From positions 117,678,001 to 117,742,000 of the forward strand of contig NW_024704742.1 of NCBI RefSeq assembly GCF_018977255.1: a DNA stretch of 64,000 nucleotides. The letters are read 5' to 3'. The notes beneath the pieces were generated by a model. It was not told where the DNA came from and searched no databases. It worked only from the letters and a program-made list of their open reading frames with translations. The position numbers and the translations under genes are program-made. How positions within the stretch are numbered: the first letter of the stretch is position 1; each line of letters starts with the position of its first letter. The DNA is from Callorhinchus milii. Taxonomy: Eukaryota. Shown in pieces: positions 11,601 to 23,600 of this stretch.

Positions 11601-14600
11601 GTGTTAATGATGCAAAACAAAGTGGGGAAAGATTGCAACAAAATAGGCAGACCAGAGAGAGAAAAGATGTGTCTGGGACCCAGATGATGTGATAATGGTC
11701 ACAGAAGAGGGGGAGGGGGAAGGTGAGCTGTTATGGTCTGAAATTGTTGAAATCAATATTGAGGGCTGTAAGGCCCCTGGCAGATAAATGAGGTTTACTT
11801 AAGCTACTGAGAGCTTAAGTTTTTTTTAAAAAAGTTGACTCACTTTCCTTTCTCCATGGATGCTGCCTGACCTGCAGCGTGTTCCCAGCGACTTCTGTTG
11901 CTGAAAGTAATGCGTATTGGACAATTTAAAACTGGCTTTTGCTCTGCATAGCTGTATTGCAGCATCCGAATATTATAGGGAGAGAATAGAGAGTTTATAC
12001 TATTTGTATTCTTTACACCTTACATGTGGAGGTCAAGTAACCTAGCATGCTGTAACTTCCTCCACAGTGTGTGTGTGTAACTAATCCATTACCATTAGGA
12101 TATTTCTACAAAGTGTCCTGCTATGTTTTCAATACCTTTTGGATTATGCCAATATTACCATCTGACAGATGACTTTGCCATTTAACCCAAATTGGGTTGA
12201 ATAAAAACGAATAGTTGATCTTGCCATTTTGGTCTATTTACAAAATAGAACAACTAAATCAAGCCAGGCAATAACACCTGGATCACAAATACCTTATAGT
12301 AATAGGAAAACCCCAAATGTTTCACTTAAAGCTGAAAAGTCTAACAGCTGAGTTAAAGAGCAAAATTATTGAAACTCATGAACCTTGAGATCCACTTTTT
12401 TTTACTTAAGCTCTCAGTAGGCTGAAGAATGTTGGCATTTGTTACTATATATATTTTGAAAAAAACTTTTTGATATTAGTACTAAATGATATCAAATACT
12501 CCTGGCTACACAAGCTGTCACTGAGGCGCAGAAGAATTCTTGTTTAGATGGGGAAATTACGTGTGTTTAAATTTAAAAATGGAAGATTTTAGATTTGATT
12601 TATAAGATAATTTTGGAAATCTTAGAAATTTTCAATTTCTTATTTGGGGGGAAAACATTAAAATTAATTCCAAAAAGAACTGTAAGAGCTGTTGTTTCTG
12701 CTGTCAGTTAATATCCAGATAATTATTTCAGCGAAAAAACAAATGTGATCCTCACGCATTGGAGCATGGAGATGAAGTAAAGATCGGGGAGACAGTGTTG
12801 TCTTTCCACATCCATCCAGGAACCGACACGTGCAATGGCTGTGAGCCAGGTCAAGTGATAGCACATTTAAGGCTCAACAAAAAAGAATCAGCAGGTACTT
12901 AAAATATAACAAATATGTTATGTTTCGCCCACAAATATAGGGTCAATTCACGTTACAGTCTATTCTGTGAAGCGCTTTGAGACTTCGAGAAGACGCTATA
13001 TCAAATGCAAGGATTATTATATTATTATTTATTATTATATATGCTGCTAACTTTGTATCTTTGTTCAGAACTAATGCAAAAGGCTGCAAGCAGTTGTGTA
13101 GTGTTTGTACCAAATTAATCATGGTAGCCATTTAGATTTGTCCAAGGCATTGACATTCCTCTCTGAACTTTCAGTTTGTGTTGTAGTGGGAGCCACTTAA
13201 TGTTGTGTTTTTGATTAGTTGGGTATCTTCCACATAGAGAAACCAATCATTATGCTTAACAGTATCCCAAACCAGAGAGTTCCTACACATTGAGATTTCT
13301 ATGACTGGATTGGAATGTGCACTCCTCCCAGGAGGGAGGGATCCTGCTTACCTAATTCCAATGGGTATGGGCGCAGGTTGGCAAAAGCCAAGGCCTTCAG
13401 GGTGGTCAAAGGACCTTTCAGGACAGCCTGTGACGTGCCAGCTACCTGATGTTCTAGAGATCCAAGTTCAATACAGCATTCCAAGCCTACTCAGAACTAG
13501 CTGCTTAATCCATGCCCTCGTGTGAGAGGCTTTAGTAAACAATATGTTTGCTGTGAAGCTGATTCCCTCAGAGTGCCAGCAGCAGGTCAGTTGTTGGTAG
13601 TGCAAGGCCTTCCTCCTTGCAGATGCTTTCTATTTACTCCAAATCCACCTGACTACTTGGCTCTGGGCTTTACAAATGGACTGAAGGAAACCCATCTGCA
13701 GCATGTCCAGGAGCTTGGAACCATGAAAGAGAACTGTTTGGACACATGTATTATACGGCAGATGATATTTTGGCCTGACAATCATGTGGAGTAAAATCAT
13801 GTTGCACTTAAAGTTTACTTTTTGTTCACAAAATGTCAGTTTAGCAGTTGTGCTCTTTTTGACCTCACCTTTCAGGATTCATAATTTATTTACTTTCTGC
13901 ATGGGCGCATATTATTGTAGAAGCTCTGGATCAGTAAGTGATTATTCTTTCTTTACATTTAGTGTCCAAAATGTTAATTTAGGTGAATTATTGTTTTTGT
14001 TTTGTAGCTGTTCCAGTACTAAGCAAGGAGGAGAAAGATAAATTACGACGACGAGAATTAAAACAAATTCGGGTCAAATATGGTTTGCAGGTAGATTTTT
14101 ATTGCAATTGTTTTCAATTGTCAGATTTTGCTTATACCTTTAGCTGTCAGCCTGGCTCAGTTGGTAACACTCTCACTTCTGAATCAGAGATTGGGAGTTC
14201 AAGGCTCACATAAAAGGTAAAACCTTGTGGTCTATTCTGACACTCCAACCCAGTGTTTGCAGAACGCTGCGTTGTTGAAGGTGCTGACCTTCAGATGAGC
14301 CGTTAAACCAAAGTTCAGGTGATTGTTACAGATCCCATGAACTGAATGAAAAAGAGGAGGGAGTTTCTCCCAGTCCTCGCAACTGACCAACAATCTCCCT
14401 AATACAAATGACGATTAGACTATTAGCTACAAATGAAAAGATTTGGAAATTTCCTTATCCTTTTGACAGGATTTGTTTAACAAAACGGTAGCTGTGAAAG
14501 ATAAATATGATTTAAATCAAAAAGTTATACTTTTTCTTATGAATTAAGGCAAAACTATCCTGTTTCCAATTGAAAATACTGTACAGAGCTCATTAGTTCT

Positions 14601-17600
14601 CTGTAATGTACTGTATACTGTTTATAAGTGTAACTAACAAATCTGTTAATTTTGTAATTAGAACTTGATTATTATGCTTTATTTCACAGCTGTTAGGCAC
14701 TCTTAGAAGCTACCTGCATGAAGGATCCTATATAAATGCAAGTTGTTGTTGTACTAGCACTAACATAAAGATTGTGTCAAATGCTGACTTTAATTCACTC
14801 TATTAGTATAATACCTTTCATAATCAGTCATGATTTTCAATATTGTTTTTATTGTGTTTTCTGTGTAGAACAGTGCATATGAGGAATGCGAAGCGTTAAA
14901 GAACCCAGCATACAAAGACCGAGCTGGTAGACGCAGACATGTAGTTGGCAGCGATTGCATTTACCAAAAGGATGACGCCCCAGCTTCAGTCAATGTGTAA
15001 GTAATTATAGACGCAACGTCATGAATCGTTATCAACAATGGACCTCCCTGTCGGTCACCCTCCACTGCTCCTGATCCCAATCCCCTGCTTTGTCCAAATC
15101 CCTGACTGTCCAGCACCTTGGGAAGTCATCCTGAGGGGAAAGGCGCTATACAAATGTAATTTGTTGTTATTGTTACTCTAAATACATGTTAGACCTGGGA
15201 ATGCAGCAGTGATCCTATAAGTCTATGCCCAGCCCAGTTTTAATTTCCTTGTACCTAAGGCAGTCATCAAGCAAATAACTGTCATATGGAGCTCTTCTGA
15301 TGTTAGGAGTAGGTTTCAACTTCAAAACTTTGTGCAATAAATATTCATGGGCATTCATTCACCTTAGTGCTCAGTACATAGAAACAGGAGTTTCTGTGCC
15401 ATTCAGCCCCCCCGAACGTGTTCCGCCATTCTATAAGACCATGGCTGATCTGTATGTCAAGTCCAATTGCCCAGTAACTACCTGCCCTTGCCCTGTATCC
15501 CTTAATACCCTGACCTAACAAACATCTATTCACCTCAGTCTTGAAAATGTGAATGGATCCAGCATCTACAGCCTTTTGAGGGAAGAGTTCCAGATTTCCA
15601 CTACCCTTTGGGTGAAAAACTGCTTCCTAATTTCACTCCAAAATGGCCTCACTCCAATTTTGAGATGATGGCCCCTTGTTCTGGATTCCCCTACCAGAGG
15701 AAATAATTTCTCTGTAACTACCCTATCGAATCCCTTTATTATTTTAAAAAATCTCAATTAGATCACCCCTCCAACTTTTAAACTCAAGGGAATAGAGACC
15801 AAAATTTATGCAACCTGCCCTCATAATTTAACCCTTTAAGGCCTGGTATCATTCTGGTGAATCTGTGCTGCACTCCATCCAGAGTCAATATATCCTTCAT
15901 GAGGTTCAGTGCCCAAAACTGAACACAGTACTCCAGATATATATAAATGGAGTCCTGGAGCTCAGTGGTTAGAGCGCTCGCCTTGCGAGCGAGAGACCTG
16001 GGTTTGATTCCCGGCAGGACGAAACCTTGGGCAAGTTTCCTTACTTCACACGCCTGATAATAATCCCTCAAGAAATAAAATAAAAATTTGGTCACTCAAT
16101 CCACGACTGTTTGTGGGACACTGCAGTGCACAATTGGCCGCCGCGTTTCATCCACAAAATATAGTCAGTTCACTTTGCAGTATAAATGTACAATAACACT
16201 TTACAGCTTCTGTGAAGCGCCTTGAGATGTCTAGAAAATATGAAAGTGCTATATCAAAAGCAAAGATTATTATTATATAATATATATTATGGTAAAAAGC
16301 TGAGGCCCCAGTACAGACCCCTGAGGGACACCATTTGTCAAGCCCCGCCAATCAGAGAACGTTCCTTTTATCCGTACTTCTTTCCTGCCTCCCAATTTCT
16401 AAGCCACATCGAAAGGTTACCTTCGATTCCATGCACTTTTATGTTTGCTAATAACCTCATGTGCAGAACCTTATCGATTGCGATCTGGAAGTCCATGTAC
16501 ACAACATCCATAGGCTCTCTTATCCACCATGTCAGTGACCTCCAAAAAATGGAGTTAGATTTGTCAGACATGACCTGGGCCAATAGAAAAGTGCGGACAT
16601 TTTTGCCAAAAAAAATTGCGGTGCGCACTGCTACATTTTTTTCAATTTATTGATTAAAAACGAAATATAAGGAAATAATATAAAACTTGCAAAAAAATTA
16701 ATTGCTTCTTTAACAAAAATTGGGTGGCCACTTTTTTGGAAGGGTGGGGCCAGGCACCAGCGAGGCGACAGGAGCTCACCGTCTCCTGTCTCTCAGAGCC
16801 AGCACCTCACACAGACAGAGACCCAGAGAGACACACACTCGGACACAGTGAGAGACACACAAACTGAAAGACAGAGACACGCACATACTCAAAGACAGAG
16901 AGACATACACACACTCAGACACAGAGACACACACACACGCACTTTGCATTCCTCATATGCACTGTTCTACACAGAACTCGCAGACATACACACGTTCAAA
17001 GACAGAGAGAGAAACACACATACGTACACCCAGACACAGAGACATACACACAGAGACACTCAAACACACACACATATATAGGAGACGTAGACACACACTC
17101 AGACCCACAGAGACAATTACAACAGCGGGGCCTCCAAGTGTAGCCCATTTGCGCCACACTGCGCATGCGGGGCAGCTCTGCCCAGTGACATTAGGTAAAC
17201 AATGCGAGTGGCCCGCATGACCAGAAACTACATTTATGGTGGGTTTGTAGCGGACAGGGGTTGTTGGTGCGGAAAAAGTGCAGCAGCACTTTTAAATTGG
17301 CCCAGGACATGACCTAACCTTCACAAATCCATGCTGATTCTTTGATGAGCTCATACTTGTCCAAGCGCTCAGTTATTCTGTCCCTAATGAGAGATTCCAG
17401 TAACTTCCCCACAACTGAAGGTGACAGGTCTGTAGTTACCTGGTTTCTTCCTCCGAGTGACAATTCTCCAATCCAAGGGCACAATTCCCAAATATAGAGC
17501 TTTGGAAAATTATGATTAACGCATCGGCAATTTCCTCCCCTACTTCTTTTAATACCCATGGGTTGAATCTATCAGGCCATGGAGATTTGTCTATCTGTAG

Positions 17601-18963
17601 TCCCATTATTTTCTCTATTAAAATTTTTAAAATTTATGTTAAATCCATTTAGTATTTCTCTTTGACTTATTTTTAAGATTCCCTTGTACCACTGGTATTT
17701 TTTTCCTCTTCCTCCACTGTGAAAGCTGAAACAAAGTATTTATTAAACAAGCCTGCCATTTCCTTATTGTCCATTACAGTCTCACCGTCATGTCTTTAAT
17801 CAGCAGGCATTCCCCTTTTTTATTAAAACTTTTACTGCTGCCCTTGATATCCCATGAAAGTTTTCTCATATTCACTTTTTGCACCTTTGTTACTTTGTAT
17901 CTTTGTTGCTTTTGATAAGTTTCCCAGTCCGCTGGATTTCCACTTTCTTGCATTAATGTAAGACTTATCTTTTAGTTTGATGCTGCCTTATCTCATTTGT
18001 CGACCATGGTTGTTGAACTACATGAGTACAGACCATAGTTTAAATATATCTTTAATCTTGATGTACCTTTGTATTTTAATGCAGTATGAATTGTAAATGC
18101 TGAAGACAAATGGAAATGTATGAATGCAGTAAACCTTTGTATAATATATTAAAGAGAATTTACTTATTTTAGTGAAATTGGAGGCACCAATAAGGGACGA
18201 AAGATGTTAGAGAAGATGGGGTGGAAGAAAGGTGAAGGACTTGGAAAAGGCAGTTGTGGTATTAAGGAGCCGGTAAGTCCCCTTTACTGCATACACAAGT
18301 GTTATTTTATAAATTAAATCATGAAATGGCAACTGATATTCTATACTAAGTATTTAATTTAAAACCTGCAGGCTAGTTATCACATAATTTAAGTGATTTA
18401 GAATGCCACTTTCAGCTTGGCTCAGTTGGTACCATTATCATTTGTGTGAAGTGTAGTTGTCTATACCTGTGAGATCACGCTGAGCTATTTTTAAAAAAAA
18501 CTATTTTGGCTGGTGAACTGCAATTGAAGAGTTTTTTTTGGAGGAGTTGTCAATTGCTACCTTGATACCAATATTTGATTTTTTTACAATTAAAACCAGA
18601 GGGGAGATTTTCAAAATGATTGCATCAAGTTTCAGGAAAATCTAGCAAAATTGATGCTATACTGTTGCATAAATACTAAAGCACCCTTCTGATCTGAAGT
18701 TCATCTTCCTTTGCTCCGCATGTGTTTTCCAGATTCAGGTTCATCTTCATCAGTCACACACTGGCTTAGGGGCAGCTGTACCACTTGGCATTGAAGATGT
18801 ACAGATGGTCAAATCCAAAAATGAGAAGAACTGGGCTAAAGCTAGGGAGCGATTTTCAGAAACTTTTCAGCAAACCACTAATCAAAAGGAAGGAAAGATC
18901 AAAACTCCATGGATGAAAGGAGAAGGTATTAAGGAGCACCCTGAAGACTTTCCCACAACCTAA
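5354..18963 (+). CDS. AGGF1: AGGF1 (angiogenic factor with G-patch and FHA domains 1), 3' portion; join(5354..5681,8230..8335,10073..10124,11072..11173,12732..12894,14008..14090,14869..14996,18173..18272,18733..18963), 430 aa plus stop
   Basis: All introns are GT-AG with consistent phases (1293 nt). Translation gives [42 protein letters not shown] (FHA), [26 protein letters not shown] and [20 protein letters not shown] (G-patch), matching vertebrate AGGF1. The start codon lies upstream of the window. Confidence 0.96.
6245..7027 (-). mobile_element. Young 5'-truncated L2 LINE copy
   Basis: Uninterrupted 226-aa ORF2 C-terminus ([41 protein letters not shown]); (TTG)n tail. Confidence 0.92.
7464..7640 (+). 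mobile_element. tRNA-SINE 5' part
   Basis: Head matches the copies at 112 and 55306. Confidence 0.8.
8230..8335 (+). CDS. AGGF1: AGGF1 exon ([35 protein letters not shown])
   Basis: cacag| ... AG|gtaaag; start of the FHA domain. Confidence 0.95.
8595..8950 (-). mobile_element. Older Deu-domain SINE (SacSINE1/AmnSINE-like)
   Basis: Head gtgtcagcctggctcagttg..gggttcaag; central aaagatcccatggcactgttcgaa; related copies near 14143, 29450, 47720, 61898. Confidence 0.75.
10073..10124 (+). CDS. AGGF1: AGGF1 exon ([17 protein letters not shown])
   Basis: tttacag| ... AAG|gttagt; FHA domain. Confidence 0.95.
10490..10712 (+). mobile_element. CR1-type LINE 3' end fragment
   Basis: gcctgtttcc..gctgta..ttctgtgtaa tail, similar to 21400-21497 and 41820-41888. 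Confidence 0.55.
11072..11173 (+). CDS. AGGF1: AGGF1 exon ([34 protein letters not shown])
   Basis: gactag| ... ACA|gtaagt; FHA SxNGT motif. Confidence 0.95.
11352..11901. mobile_element. Penelope-like insertion with an internal inverted terminal segment
   Basis: 11395-11460 is inverted at 11834-11899; flanking direct repeat TGAAAGTAAYGC (11340-11351 / 11902-11913); family assignment by recalled similarity. Confidence 0.65.
12732..12894 (+). CDS. AGGF1: AGGF1 exon ([54 protein letters not shown])
   Basis: tttcag| ... CAG|gtactt. Confidence 0.95.
14008..14090 (+). CDS. AGGF1: AGGF1 exon ([28 protein letters not shown])
   Basis: tttgtag| ... CAG|gtagat. Confidence 0.93.
14869..14996 (+). CDS. 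AGGF1: AGGF1 exon ([42 protein letters not shown])
   Basis: tgtgtag| ... GT|gtaagt. Confidence 0.95.
15949..16276 (+). mobile_element. Full-length tRNA-SINE nested in the CR1
   Basis: Same family as 112-428. Confidence 0.9.
16575..17305. mobile_element. Non-autonomous TIR DNA transposon (hAT-like) nested in the CR1
   Basis: TIRs CTGGGCCAATAGAAAAGTGC / GCACTTTTAAATTGGCCCAG; TSD GACATGAC (16567-16574, 17306-17313); internal CA/GA-rich tract. Confidence 0.8.
18173..18272 (+). CDS. AGGF1: AGGF1 exon, G-patch ([33 protein letters not shown])
   Basis: attttag| ... CCG|gtaagt. Confidence 0.96.
18733..18963 (+). CDS. AGGF1: AGGF1 last coding exon ([13 protein letters not shown]...[10 protein letters not shown]...PWMKG...PTT*)
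   Basis: tttccag| acceptor; TAA at 18961-18963. Confidence 0.95.
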   Translation: MQVHLHQSHTGLGAAVPLGIEDVQMVKSKNEKNWAKARERFSETFQQTTNQKEGKIKTPWMKGEGIKEHPEDFPTT

Positions 18964-19720
18964 CACTTCTTGTAAATAATGCATTCCACTTTCTCCCATT
19001 TTATTTTTCTGTACTTATTAAACATTTGTCTGAACTTCATATAGGTTTTGATTTATCACACCTCAAAACCAGAAATGAACAAGGGCGTTCACCTTTTGTC
19101 AAACAGGTAACAAGCAGTACACTGATTAAAACTAGAAGGCACTACAATAGAACATACAAAGGAAGTTATCATGCTTCCCTTGAAGCTTTAGGTTTTAAAT
19201 ATTAATTGGCAGTTATGAGAATTAGGTATTCTAGTTGAAGTGTAAGGCTGGGGGTGAACAGAATTGAAGTGCTAGATTGCAGAAGTGAGGTTCCTCTGCA
19301 AATTTTATAAACACTTTTCTCTATTAAGATGGTTTCTAATTTTAAATTATTTTGATATAAAAGCTGTGGGCAAAACATGGCAGTGTTGCACAGATAGTCA
19401 TGGATGGAGTAACCAATTTTTTGGGGGGAGGGAATTATTGCCCCAGGTTACTGCTAGGTAAGCAGACCTGTGAATAAAGAAATGTTCCTAAGGTTTCACC
19501 ATACCCAGTTCCTCTCGCTTGCAAGGTGAATGCACTAACCACTATGCTACAACACTCCTTAAGATGTGGATAGGAACTTGCCTAGCCACATTTTAATGCT
19601 TAAAAATAGATGAAAAAGATAACTAGAATTTCACCCAACATGCTTGACCAGAATTCATGGTAATTTTTTTTAATTACTTAACTATATCCAAGTACAAATG
19701 TTAAATCATTCAGTTATCAA

Positions 19721-19726
19721 AATAAA
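19721..19726 (+). terminator. Candidate polyadenylation signal AATAAA for AGGF1 (alternative at 19473-19478)
   Basis: Hexamer downstream of the AGGF1 stop; usage not determinable from sequence. Confidence 0.35.
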
Positions 19727-19884
19727 CCACGACACAGCCCTACCTACACATGTATTCCCATTATAGATCACCCCTTTGTCAAACATTGCACTGAATGCAG
19801 AACAAATTCAAAGGAAACTTAGATTCATGACTTTAGCATTTTACAAATACTACCAAGTTATAATGTACTATATATTTCTCACAT

Positions 19885-19890
19885 TTTATT
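19885..19890 (-). terminator. Candidate polyadenylation signal AATAAA for the KHDC4-like gene
   Basis: TTTATT on +, about 430 nt downstream of the stop codon. Confidence 0.5.
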
Positions 19891-20318
19891 TTACAGTTGT
19901 ACAATGAAATACACTAAATTCTTGCTCATTACAACATAGAAGATTGATGCACGAATCATGCTGATGCAAACTTTAGGTGGGGAAAATGGTATCTTTTTCT
20001 CCCCATTTGTCCTGCATTCTGAAATTCGTGCCTATGAAAGGCAATCTTTGAATTTACTCTTCACATTGCTGCAGTAGATGAAGTCCTGTTAAATAACAGT
20101 AGAGTATGGTTCTTCACAAGTTGGTGTGTATATACCTTTAGTAAAAATCCAGCTTTCATTGCTGAAGTCAGCCATTTGATACTGATGATCCTTATTGAGT
20201 ACAGGTGTAGTTGTATATTGGGTAAAGGTACTGTAGCTAGCAAAGACAGGTGAACAACTGAAGTTCAAACTGCACATTGTGAAGAGAATATTAAGAAAAA
20301 TGCATTTAAAACACAATG

Positions 20319-20620
20319 TTAATTGGGAGCCATCCAGAAGGGCATGGTATTGTGGGACCTTGGGAGAGCTTGCTGTTGCTGCTGGTGGTGAAGCTGCTGC
20401 TGGTGATGATGGTGCTGGGGGGGGTGGGGAGGATGATGTTGATTAGAATGCTGAAAATAGGGAGGGTACATATTGCGCGATGCATTTCCAGAATTCCTGT
20501 ATCTCCCCCCTCGCCTCTGCCTTTCTTCTTCCTCATCTGAAGAGTCCTCCCCATATTGGGCCAGCGCACCTAGGCTGTCACTCGTCTTCTGCCGTTTATG
20601 GCTTGGTGAAGAAGTATGAC
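20319..20620 (-). CDS. KHDC4: KHDC4-like exon 14 ([12 protein letters not shown]...[11 protein letters not shown]...MPFWMAPN*)
   Basis: tctgtag| acceptor; family C-terminal MPFWMAP; TAA. Confidence 0.95.
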
Positions 20621-23600
20621 CTACAGAAAAGACCCCCAAACACCATCCATACCCAGAAAGCCAAAATATCAATCAATATAAAAAAAGAAAAATATTTAGT
20701 TTGGGAAAGAGAACACATTGTTAATTATTTAAAATATTTACAGTTAAGTCACATCAAATAAACCATTTGTAATACAGTACACGTCAAAATCAGACATCAG
20801 ATAAAACCATGTCAAGTTGACAGCAGCAGGCGGTGAAGTCCCATCAGAAACATGTAAGAGAACACAAGACACAAAAGAGAAGATTGAATTAATTATAAGA
20901 TAAATTTGGAAATGCCAGTTCTAACTGGAATACAATATTTAAAACTTCACAACAGTAGCTTTACTAAACAGTTTCTACCTAGCAATACATTCTAAGCTTC
21001 AATGAAAGTTAACATTCTGTCGTAAAACTATATAAAGACCAAATGCTGTGCAAGTATCAGCAATGGTAAATCTGGAGGACGACAATCTTCATTTTTTTCC
21101 CCCAAGGAAGCATGCCGGCCAAGATCTGTCTACAGCTTCACATTCTCACCCAGTCAGTGGCACTGGTTAATTCCAATACTTCATCTTAAGTGGCATGGCC
21201 ACAAGAAGACAACGATCCTGGAGGATTACAAAAATCTGTCCAGCATCAAAGGGCACTATCCCGAGATATCACTGAGCAATGTCAGAATGATGGAGTAGAT
21301 ATTCTAAGTATAATCTGAGCCAAATGAGGCCATATCCAACCTCTTTCATTAGTGTTTAGCTGCATACATGACTAAGGAGGGAACAAAGGGGTACAGGAGT
21401 GGGGATTCAGTGGAGCAGAGGTTCATGTAGAGTATAGACATCAGCACAGACTAATTCAGCTGAATGGCCTGTTCCCGTGCTGTAACATTCTATGTAAATT
21501 GTTTGAAAACAGATTTTGTCACTAATGCCGCTTGTACCAATAGAGAAAATTCCAGTTGGTTTGATGGGCTGCAGACCTTACCACAATGGCGAATTCAGTA
21601 CCAACCAAATACACTGAAAACTAAAATGATAAAAGCAAAAATCTTGTGAAAATTAAGTGTTGATTCCATGACCACAGCACACAAAAGCAGAAACTCCTGC
21701 ACACTTTCCTCAGATGAAAAATAAACTGGAGAGGAACAGGATATATCACATGAGCATTGACCCTCAACACTGTGACCTGCATAACAGCATGAAAATATAA
21801 CGTCATTCCTGGGATTTCTATCCATGGAGAGCATACCTACCAGGTGTGTTAAGAGACCCCAGATCGCCAAAGAATTGGAGGTCAACAAGTGATAAACTAC
21901 AACTTCACCAAACGGATCCTTGGTTCAGTAACGTTTCAGTGGTTTCCTCTTATAATTCAAATACTTTCCCCCTCCAATCACCAGGCTTAGGGAGTGTCCA
22001 AATCAAATTACTGAGAGTTCCATATACACCTGTAGTCACTTTGGTAGCAAATATATAAAGATTGAGCCATGACTAGAGATGTTTTAACCAAAAATGCTGC
22101 ACTGCATTTAAACACAATAAAACTATTCTAAAATTGCAATTATTCATTGTAGCATATACAATGATAGCCATGATAACTTGTCGATATTGGGTATAAAATG
22201 CACTCAAGGAATTTGAATTACTTGCCCTTATCCCCCATTTCTTGTATATTTAAAAAAATATATATTTCTCTTTCACCTTCGAATGTATAATGAAAACATG
22301 AAGCACAGACTTCTCACTGCTGTCGTGTGTATTGATCTGTAGTAGGCAGGCAGAAGGCACAATTCCACAAGTGAGAGTGATCCAGACATTCATTCTGTAT
22401 GCTAAGATAGAAGCACTATGCATGGTTTGGTAAGAATGGTCAAACTTATTCAATTAGCAAAACAAAGCTTAAATTTTGAGGCTGGAATCTGAACCCTCTA
22501 ATTGGAAAACGCAAACTATACTTCTGGAACAAAAGGGCACGACCAATCTTCTTTAAGCATCTGTTTCTCTTCGATTCAACACACTATATAAAAAAACTAA
22601 AGTAAAATGGCATACAGATTTAACCTACCTTTCATCCTTTAAGTTGTTAATAAGTTGTATTTCTGCCTTATATTATAAAACTATCCACTACTTGGTTGAA
22701 AAGCCAATATACATTTGTTTCATCAATCTTCTGTACTTTTCTTGCCATTATTCCCTAAATAATCAAATTCCCTTCCTATAAGTGTTATAGTTCTAAATGA
22801 ATAGTATAAAATACTTCACAAATTAGGTCATTACACATTGGCAGTGTAGTTACTTTCAAACATTGAAATTTCTGGTTCTTAATGGTTGTCTGTTTGTGTC
22901 AAGTTTCTGAATCTATAATTCAAGCAAGGTAAACTTTAATCTGAGCCATCCAAATCTTAAATGAACAACTTTTACCCCAAATATGCACGCAGTCAGCTTC
23001 TTCAACTGAAATTACTAACGAAGGCCGCTTACTTCTGAACCCATTAAGGGTTTCAACCATGCTGATTCTCCAACTGTCTCTGGATAAGACTAGGTGTTTG
23101 GCTTCAAGAGAACTATATGATGTTTTTGTTTCATCTCTGATCCACGTCAGCTGTACTCCAATTAAAATTCAACTGCATCAATTGTAATCAGAACTGACAA
23201 AATGAAATCCAAGCAGAACTCGCCAAAATACAAAAAAAATCCAGTAATATCCTGTGCATAAAGCACTTTAGGATGATGGAAAAACAGCGGAGTATTTTCC
23301 CCACTACCAGATTCAAGTCTTATTTCCACTTATTTTATCTGTTCATGTCAAATCACATTCCAATAACATGCTTTAGGGAAACAACTTTATGCTTTATGGA
23401 ACAGCTCCAGTCATTTGTAAAAGTCTGGAGGCTAATCCAAGTATCCCTATTTAGAGAACATCATTTGTGTAACTAATTCTCAGTGTAAGTTCCTCAAGAT
23501 TGGCATTGGCTTCCGTATGAAAGACATAATTTACCCTCCTCTCCAATACTGCAAATTCTGCAGTAACTCCAGTGGGAGCAAAGAGAAAATTGCAGCTCTT

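Larger units (their letters stand above)
15376..18010 (-). mobile_element. CR1-clade LINE fragment interrupted by a SINE and a TIR element
   Basis: [61 protein letters not shown] motifs. Confidence 0.88.

Noticed and set aside
13300..13800. GC-balanced block with short ORFs in an AGGF1 intron
   Set aside because: No recognisable motif, and the flanking AGGF1 exons already join in frame; probably an old repeat I cannot classify.
16810..17115. His/Thr/Arg repeat ORFs
   Set aside because: Translation of a CA/GA low-complexity tract.
23420..23495. SCARNA15/SNORA47-like fragments (ACUGAGAA ... UUAGCCUCC on -)
   Set aside because: No closing lower stem, no H box, no second hairpin with ACA.
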